NCBI GenBank assembly: GCA_010909165.1 | Contig: VJWM01000434.1 | Span: 1-7,593, forward strand | Source: Anthoceros angustus | Lineage: Eukaryota; Plantae; Anthocerotophyta | Direction of reading: 5' to 3' | Length of the DNA stretch: 7,593 nucleotides | Part shown: one piece after another, positions 1-6,340 of the stretch | How the letters are laid out: each line of letters begins with the position of its first letter | Numbering within the stretch: the first letter of the stretch is position 1 | Notes under the pieces: generated by a model | Seen by the model: the letters and a program-made list of their open reading frames with translations, nothing else | Databases searched by the model: none | What the model was told of the DNA's origin: nothing | Program-made: the position numbers and the translations under genes

Positions 1-178
1 GGCCGATCGCGATCACTATCGGCGTGATCGGGCCGGTGGAGGGAGGCGGTGAGAGCCAGCCAATCGAAGGCAGCGGGCGTGAGCAAGCAGACGAGCCGTG
101 CGAAAGGCGGAGGCCACCAAAATCGGGGACCTCGGCCTGCAGAGGTAGAAGGGCGGCGGAGGCGGAGGGACAAGGACA

Positions 179-200
179 CCTTGGAGTTACAACTCCAAGG
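179..200. repeat. Perfect inverted repeat, 10-bp arms with 2-nt loop
   Basis: ccttggagtt-ac-aactccaagg; the arms are exact reverse complements. Confidence 0.9.
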
Positions 201-362
201 CAGCGTCGGGCGGAGGGGTTCTCATGAGAGAAGTCCAAGACTTGAGCCGGAGATGAGGCGCCTCCCACGCCAAGATGGAGGCAGGGGTGAGTGAGGCAGC
301 GGACCAGCCGGGGCCTGTGAAGTTCATAAGGAGATGGATTCACTAGCAAGTAAATAAAATTA

Positions 363-368
363 TTTATT
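363..368 (-). terminator. Candidate polyadenylation signal AATAAA of ALY-like copy 1
   Basis: AATAAA on the minus strand ~85 nt after the stop codon, preceded by TGTA/T-rich sequence typical of plant 3' UTR upstream elements; conserved in copy 2. Confidence 0.45.
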
Positions 369-732
369 TAATTATGTATGTATGCTATTCTTTGAACAAC
401 AAAGAAACATACAACCATATTACATACATATCAGGCCCTTCTTGTTTCCACCTTTAAATTTGCATCTGACTAAATTGTGCTAACATGAAGTCTTGCGATA
501 TGCAATCTCGCATCACTTGACCATGGTACACATCTAGCTCCGCATCCAAGACCTCTGCACTTTTGACTATGGCGGAGGTGGGTTGGCTACCTCCTCTTCC
601 TATAACATGTGCCGCCACACTCCCATTTGGGGTCGTTGGTTTCTGCTTGTATTATCATTCGCATATCAATTGCCTCAATGGTCATTGGTTTGCCATCAAG
701 ATCAAGTGGTTGTTTGGCTTAGTGGTTCGGAG

Positions 733-977
733 CTTTGCGATAGAGAACCACAATAGCAGATAGGGTTGCAACAAAGTCGGGGCTCAAGTATCACAAAGTT
801 AGAGACTTCAACTTAAAGCGTGAGACAAGATCAAACAACAAAATCCAAATGTAAAATTGAAGTTCAAAACCGCCCAATCATATATCGACAAGCTAGGGCA
901 CAAGTAACACTAAATATGCACAAGTTCCACTAAGTACTTAAGCATCTAACGGCACACCAAAGTGTGTAGTTACAAAC
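733..977 (-). other. Probable intron of ALY-like copy 1
   Basis: AAG|GTTTGT donor right after the ...LTSK codons; T-rich, stops in all three frames; acceptor AG near 733-734 uncertain. Confidence 0.55.
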
Positions 978-1109
978 CTTGGAGGTTAAGTAGGGTGATT
1001 CGTCTTGCTACACGGTTATCGTAAGTCGTGTCAACACCTCGAGCCCTCGAGAACCTCTCGTCCTTGGCAACGATTCGTCCGCATTGGATGGCGAGCACAC
1101 GCCTTGCTT

Positions 1110-1375
1110 TCTTTTATTGAGCTTGATCAAGTCATCAAGACTCAATTTGCCTTCCTTAAGCAGCGGTTCCATACATATGGTGACCGCCACCGTGTCCTTT
1201 GCCTTAAGCTTGATCAAGTCATGCTTATTCTTTTTATTGAGCTTGATCAAGTCATCAAGACTCAATTTGCCTTCCTTAGCAGCGGTTTCATGCATGTGGT
1301 GACCGCGTGCCTTGCCTTAAGCTTGATCAAGTCATCCACATTCTTTTTATTGAGCTTGATCAAGTCATCAAGACT
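1110..1375 (-). repeat. Coding tandem repeat, ~113-120 bp period, encoding SLDDLIKLNKK units
   Basis: Three copies of ttttattgagcttgatcaagtcatcaagact plus two shorter cttaagcttgatcaagtcat copies (1203-1223, 1316-1336). Confidence 0.95.
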
Positions 1376-1570
1376 TAGATGACCAGCGTTGTCTTAGGTC
1401 CTCGAGCAACTCATAATTATTGCTTGGTGGCGAATTCATTATTGCTTGGATGTTTGTGCTCTATAATGTATTTAAAATTGGTCAATATGGATTATTTTGT
1501 GAAAATATATTCAACCGTGGTGGTTGCTCTCAATATCCTAGGCAAATCAATTGTTAATTGCAAGGATGAG

Positions 1571-1913
1571 CAATTTTACCGACCACTTATTGTTTGATAG
1601 ATGTTCAATTTTACCGACCACTTATTGTTTGATAGATGTTCAATTTTATAGACCACTTATTGTTTGATAGATGTTCAATTTTATGGACCACTTATTGTTT
1701 GATAGATGTTCAATTTTATAGACCACTTATTGTTTGATAGATGTTCAATTTCTTGACCACTTATTGTTTGATAGATGTTCAATTTCGAGCACTTATTGTT
1801 TGATAGATGTTCAATTTATAGACCACTTATTGTTTGATAGATGTTCAATTTTATACCACTTATTGTTTGATAGATGTTCAATTTTATACACCACTTATTG
1901 TTTGATAGATGTT
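1571..1913. repeat. 35-bp minisatellite, 10 units
   Basis: Consensus caattttatagaccacttattgtttgatagatgtt; units start at 1571, 1606, 1641, 1676, 1711, 1746, 1780, 1812, 1846 and 1879; variation is confined to a short stretch after caattt. Confidence 0.97.
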
Positions 1914-2054
1914 CACGAGGTGGAGCGTGGCGAGGATGAGCAACTTAACAAACCACTTCTTGTTAGGCTTTCCTAAGGTGCAGCGTTGCGAAGGTGGGCA
2001 ACTCAACCAACCACTTAGATGATGGCTCCTTTATAGATGACCTTGAATACTAGA

Positions 2055-2290
2055 TACTATCTGAGGATATTTGATATTTCCTTTCTAGCATCTTCAAATT
2101 GTTTTCTTGTGATAGGTACTATAAATGGATATTTGATATTTCCTTTATGCACGTTCAAGTTGTTTTTTCTTAATACATACTATTAATGGATATATGATAT
2201 TTCCTTTCCGGCATGTTCTAATTGTTTTCTTGTGGTAGCGATATTATATTTATATTTGGTATTTTCTTTTGTGGTATCTTTGAATTTCTT
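2055..2290. repeat. Degenerate ~62-bp tandem repeat, 3 clear units and one decayed unit
   Basis: tactat...ggatat(t/a)tgatatttccttt...ttgttt recurs at 2055, 2117 and 2178; weaker at ~2240. Confidence 0.85.
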
Positions 2291-3116
2291 TCATGCTTTC
2301 GTATTGGTCCATCTTAGTAACAAAATGGCATGGTTGTGCAACTTAATAATTAAGTCTCCTCACTTGCCTTCTTAATGTACAACATGTCAATTGGAGAACT
2401 AAACTACACCAAATCTTTGGAATAGAAGTTGATGTGGGAAATAGTTACCACCATTGATTAGACAAAGGCATTTGTTTGGTTCCTTGATGAACTTTGTGGC
2501 GTGAACTAAGCAATGTCATGCCTAACACTTCAGCCCAAATGTGGTAACATGGTCATAGTTTTAACCTTATTAATGTTATGAATTGCGTGCTAAACTTACG
2601 TCAACTTAAGGCTGGCCTTGATTGCCACGAACCTCTTATGTTGAAGCTCACGATGGCCTCCCAAAGCGCTTCTTACTAAGGGCTGTCCATGGCATTCAAA
2701 CCTTCATCAAAAGGAGCCATTCGTATATCTAGTTTGCGGCACGAAATCTTTATCAAGGTGCCCAATATTGCAAGGTGCAAGCGGCAATTAGGAGACCCCA
2801 ATACTTTAGTGTAGATGAGACCATCCAATTTGTACACCTTTGACATAAAGAACTACTCATCATATTATGATTTCAAGGACTATCAAACTCGTAGAGGCGG
2901 AAAACAAACCTAGACTTGTAGGATAAGAGGTTAGTCGTAGAGACTTTGCGTTGTGGAATAGCGAGGTTTGACCTACTTTGGGCTTTTCTTGTGAATACAT
3001 AAGCATTGGGATTCTCATCTTATCTCCATTTTCAAATTTCATGGCCAAGCGGAAAAAACATTACTACAATAATATAAATTAAACCACTAGCACAACAAAA
3101 ATTAAGGCATAATAAA

Positions 3117-3180
3117 GCAAAAAAAGAATAAAACATAAAACATAAAACAAAACAAAACCTCAAACAACGGCAAAACAATA
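3117..3180. repeat. A-rich low-complexity tract (aaaac/aaaacat units)
   Basis: aaaacataaaacataaaacaaaacaaaac seen directly. Confidence 0.7.
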
Positions 3181-4163
3181 GAGAGAACCTTGTGCATCTT
3201 TTGAATCTTTAGACATTTGGCTTGGGCGGCTCCAAGTGCACACCATACCACTTCGTTCTCGCATTGCGCGAATCAAGAAACATCGGTCAAGGAATTATTA
3301 TTGTGCCAAATGTGAAACAAAGTCTTGTGATTCCCAGCGAGTATAGTCTTAGGATTGGTAGTGCAGTGAAAGGTTGATCATAAACAAGTTTGCACCAAAA
3401 TCACGAGCCTAAACACTCTAAATGTTTGTACGTGCGGATTGTGAATGACCTTCTTTTAGGAAGGCTCAAAATTGGATAAAATTGAAAATCAAATGCGTTT
3501 GTGCACACGTAAACAAGACCTAAACTATTCAAAATGGTCTTTTTAGTGCGGATTTTTAGCATGCAATTTGGGGTTTGCAAGTCGTGTGCAAAAGGGTTGG
3601 AGAAACCCCTTTCTACCCAGATATTCTTGGTAGAAACCCATATGATCCCCCTCTCCTTCTTGTCTGGTGGTAACACAATATCAACGAGATTACTCTTGCA
3701 TTGAACTTAATTTATGGTCTTGGTAATGACATTGTTGCACCACTTGTGGCTGCAAAGGAGTTTCTCAATAGGCTAGAGGTCGATGTGGTCATTGCTCGAG
3801 CCTTGCGAAAGGATCTTTGGTAGAGACCATATTGATTATGACTTTTCACTCCATGGATGATCGCCTCCAGTTATGAAGGCTAGGTCTATGTTACGGACGA
3901 CTTTATATATCAATCTTGATCTTACACCATTTGGAAGATTAAGGAGAAGTTACCTTTGCTTTCGTCAGAGTCACTTTCTTTCATGGGGATGAATTTGTGG
4001 TGTTTAGCCCTCGTTCATGCATTTCATTAACATTATTGATTGATTGAAGATTATTTGTCTTGTTTGAATTTTACCTTTGCATTCGTCTAGACCATTTTAC
4101 GCAATCTATGTAGTTGCCATATTTCAATCCTATCAAGATCATCCTTAGTGGACTTGAATAAAT

Positions 4164-4350
4164 TTCTTCTTCTTCCTCTTCATCTTCTTCTTCTTGTTGT
4201 TGTTCTTGTTCTTCTTCTTTCTTCATCTTCTTCTTCTTCTTCTTCTTCTTCTTCTTCTTCTTCATCTTCTTCTTCTTCTTCTTCTTCTTCTTCTTCTTCT
4301 TCTTCTTCTTCTTCTTCTTCTTCTTCTTCTTCTTCTTCTTCTTCTTCTTC
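4164..4350. repeat. (TTC)n/(GAA)n microsatellite, ~62 triplets
   Basis: Interrupted at the left end (gtt, atc, ctc variants); pure runs at 4228-4263 (12 units) and 4267-4350 (28 units). Confidence 0.98.
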
Positions 4351-4459
4351 CGTTATTAATTGTATTTAGAAAACTATGAAACTTCTTCACCTCTAGGTAT
4401 TGTATGTATACATGTTTAGTATAGTGATTATTTTTCACTAGCATAGTAAATAAAAATTA

Positions 4460-4465
4460 TTTATT
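4460..4465 (-). terminator. Candidate polyadenylation signal AATAAA of ALY-like copy 2
   Basis: Position equivalent to 363-368. Confidence 0.45.
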
Positions 4466-4832
4466 TAATTATTTATGTATGCTATTCTTTGCAACAACAA
4501 AGAAACATACAACCATATTACATACATATCGGGCCCTTCTTGTTTCCACCTTTAAATTTGCATCTGACTAAATTGTGCTAACATGAAGTCTTGCGATATG
4601 CAATCTCGCATCCTTGACCATGGTACACATCTAGCTCCGCATCCAAGACCTGCACTTTTGACTATGGCGGAGGTGGGTTGGCTACCCTCTTCCTATAACA
4701 TGTGCGCCACACTCCCATTTGGGGTCGTTGGTTTTGCTTGTATTATCATTCGCATATCAATTGCCTCAATGGTCATTGGTTTGCCATCAAGATCAAGTGG
4801 TTGTTTGGCTTAGTGGTGGTTGACGAGCTTTA

Positions 4833-5075
4833 CTGCGATAAGAGAACCACAATAACTTAGATAGGTTGCAACAAAGTCGGGGCTCAAGTATCACAAAGTT
4901 AGAGACTTCAACTTAAAGCTGTGAGACAAGATCAAACAACAAAATCAAATGTAAAATTGAAGTTCAAAACCCAATCATATATCGACAAGCTAGGGCACAA
5001 GTAACACTAAATATGCACAAGTTCCACTAAGTACTTAAGCATCTAACTGGCACACCAAAGTGTGTAGTTACAAAC
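4833..5075 (-). other. Probable intron of ALY-like copy 2
   Basis: AAG|GTTTGT donor at 5075; pyrimidine tract plus CAG (ttctcttatcgcag) ending at 4833. Confidence 0.55.
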
Positions 5076-5207
5076 CTTGGAGGTTAAGTAGGGTGCGATT
5101 CGTCTTGCTACACGGTTATCTAAGTGTGTCAACACCTCAAGCCCGCCTCGAGAACCTCGTCCTTGGCAGTTCGTCCGCATTGGATGGACACCGCCACGCC
5201 TTGCTTT

Positions 5208-5472
5208 CTTTTTATTGAGCTTGATCAAGTCATCAAGACTCAATTTGCCTTCCTTAAGCGGCAGCGGTTCCATACATATGGTGACCGCCAGTCCTTTGCC
5301 TTAAGCTTGATCAAGTCATGCTTATTCTTTTATTGAGCTTGATCAAGTCATCAAGACTCAATTTGCCTTCCTTAGCGGTTTCATGCATGTGGTGACCGCC
5401 GTGTGCTTTTGCCTTAAGCTTGATCAAGTCATCCACATTCTTTTTATTGAGCTTGATCAAGTCATCAAGACT
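5208..5472 (-). repeat. Coding tandem repeat, ~114-118 bp period, encoding SLDDLIKLNKK units
   Basis: Three full units and two half units (5300-5320, 5413-5433), as in copy 1. Confidence 0.95.
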
Positions 5473-5681
5473 TAGATGACCACGTTGTCTTAGGTCCTCG
5501 AGCAACTCATAATTATTGCTTGGTGAGAATTCATTATTGCTTGGATGTTTGTGCTCTATAATGTATTTAAAATTGGTCAATATGGATTATTTTTGTGAAA
5601 AATATATTCAACCGTGGTGGTTGCTCTCAATATCCTAGGCAAATCAATTGTTAGGAGTTCTCGTCCCATTGCAAGGATGAG

Positions 5682-5990
5682 CAATTTTACCGACCACTTA
5701 TTGTTTGATAGATGTTCAATTTTACCGACCACTTATTGTTTGATAGATGTTCAATTTTATAGACCACTTATTGTTTGATAGATGTTCAATTTTATGGACC
5801 ACTTATTGTTTGATAGATGTTCAATTTTATAGACCACTTATTGTTTGATAGATGTTCAATTTTATGACCACTTATTGTTTGATAGATGTTCAATTTTCGA
5901 GCACTTATTGTTTGATAGATGTTCAATTTTATACCACTTATTGTTTGATAGATGTTCAATTTATAGACCACTTATTGTTTGATAGATGTT
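5682..5990. repeat. 35-bp minisatellite, 9 units
   Basis: Units start at 5682, 5717, 5752, 5787, 5822, 5857, 5891, 5924 and 5957; variant order largely matches the first seven units of copy 1. Confidence 0.97.
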
Positions 5991-6340
5991 TGTGGGAGGA
6001 AAACCGGGGCTTAGATTCACCCTCTAGTGGCCACACTTATCCCACTGCTAAGTACAATAGGTTTCGTCCCATGAGACTCTTGTTTGTCGTCACCAACATC
6101 CAAGGCACAAACCACACGCCTCTTCACACCCCAAGCTCCCTCACACAGGAGCAACTTCAACTCACTCCATGCAGCAGCCCACGCCTCACCATGCCGCTCC
6201 GTCAATCACCGCTTCTAGACCTACAACGACCCTCACGACTATAGGTCCACACCCCACGGCAAGAGGTCGCCACGCACGACGCTGCAACGCGACTCACCAC
6301 CCGTGATCGTCCACTATTCCTTTCCCATCGCCTTCCCACA
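5991..6340 (+). mobile_element. Probable 5' LTR (~350 bp) of an LTR retrotransposon
   Basis: Starts TGTGGGA exactly where homology to copy 1 ends; ends TCCCACA (7-bp terminal inverted repeat, TG...CA); followed 2 nt later by TGG; sharp shift to C-rich composition. Second LTR and TSD are not in the window. Confidence 0.55.

Larger units (their letters stand above)
454..1439 (-). pseudogene. ALY: ALY/REF (THOC4)-derived gene, copy 1: amplified N-terminal UAP56-binding motifs, RRM largely lost, frameshifted as written
   Basis: Manual minus-strand translation: candidate ATG 1439; SLDDLIKLNK at 1343-1375, 1230-1262 and 1110-1142; GT donor at 977; LDGKPMTIE 674-700; GRGG 589-600; KSAEVLDAELDVYH 523-564; TAA 454-456. 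The motifs match recalled ALY N-UBM (SLDDIIKLNR), RRM end (LDGKPMKIE) and C-UBM (SAEDLDAELDKYH) in the correct order. Pseudogene status is uncertain because the indels may be read errors. Confidence 0.85.
339..1913. repeat. ~1.57 kb direct repeat, copy 1 (ALY-like gene plus upstream minisatellite)
   Basis: Colinear with 4434-5990 from ttcactagca to the last 35-bp unit; differences are mostly 1-3 nt indels. Confidence 0.97.
4552..5534 (-). pseudogene. ALY: ALY/REF (THOC4)-derived gene, copy 2, same architecture, frameshifted as written
   Basis: SLDDLIKLNK at 5440-5472, 5326-5358 and 5208-5240; ARRGG...RVARRIAPYLTSK ending at donor 5075; LDGKPMTIE 4765-4791; C-UBM 4620-4659 with 2 nt missing; TAA 4552-4554; candidate ATG 5534. 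Confidence 0.85.
4434..5990. repeat. ~1.56 kb direct repeat, copy 2
   Basis: Colinear with 339-1913; similarity stops at 5990, at the end of a 35-bp unit. Confidence 0.97.

Noticed and set aside
24-294. GC-rich ORFs in the left flank (also 7305-7506 at the right end)
   Set aside because: Short, overlapping, low-complexity frames expected in GC-skewed DNA; no recognisable domain.
1005-1382. Plus-strand ORFs (1005-1382, 1084-1302, 563-763, 4583-4813, 5124-5336)
   Set aside because: Antisense shadows of the ALY-like gene, whose motifs are all on the minus strand.
339-1439. Processed retrocopy of ALY
   Set aside because: Only 2-5 A residues follow the 3' boundary, no TSD is visible, a GT-AG intron-like segment is present and upstream sequence is co-duplicated. 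An older retro-origin is not excluded.
1571-1913. CRISPR array (35-bp repeats)
   Set aside because: Units are head-to-tail with only a few variable bases, no unique spacers and no cas genes; the context is eukaryotic. The same applies to 5682-5990.
1734-1976. ORFs with repeated CLIDVQF/DHLLFDRC (also 5852-6244)
   Set aside because: Translations of the 35-bp minisatellite; the unit length is not a multiple of 3.
2590-3260. PPR-like fragments on the minus strand (LGTLIKISCRKLDIRMAPFDEG; EVVWCALGAA)
   Set aside because: Too few matching residues, no 35-aa periodicity and many stops; a BLASTX would be needed to support it.
4071-4444. Poly-K/E, poly-S, poly-L and poly-R ORFs
   Set aside because: They are translations of the (TTC)n microsatellite.
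339-5990. The two 1.57 kb repeats as paired LTRs of one retroelement
   Set aside because: No TG start, no PBS after copy 1, no gag/pol between them, and the repeats contain a host-gene derivative.
4436-6029. CACTA transposon (CACTAG at 4436, CTAGTG at 6024-6029)
   Set aside because: The inverted match is only 6 bp, the flanking triplets (ttt, gcc) are not a TSD, and copy 1 has no matching right end.
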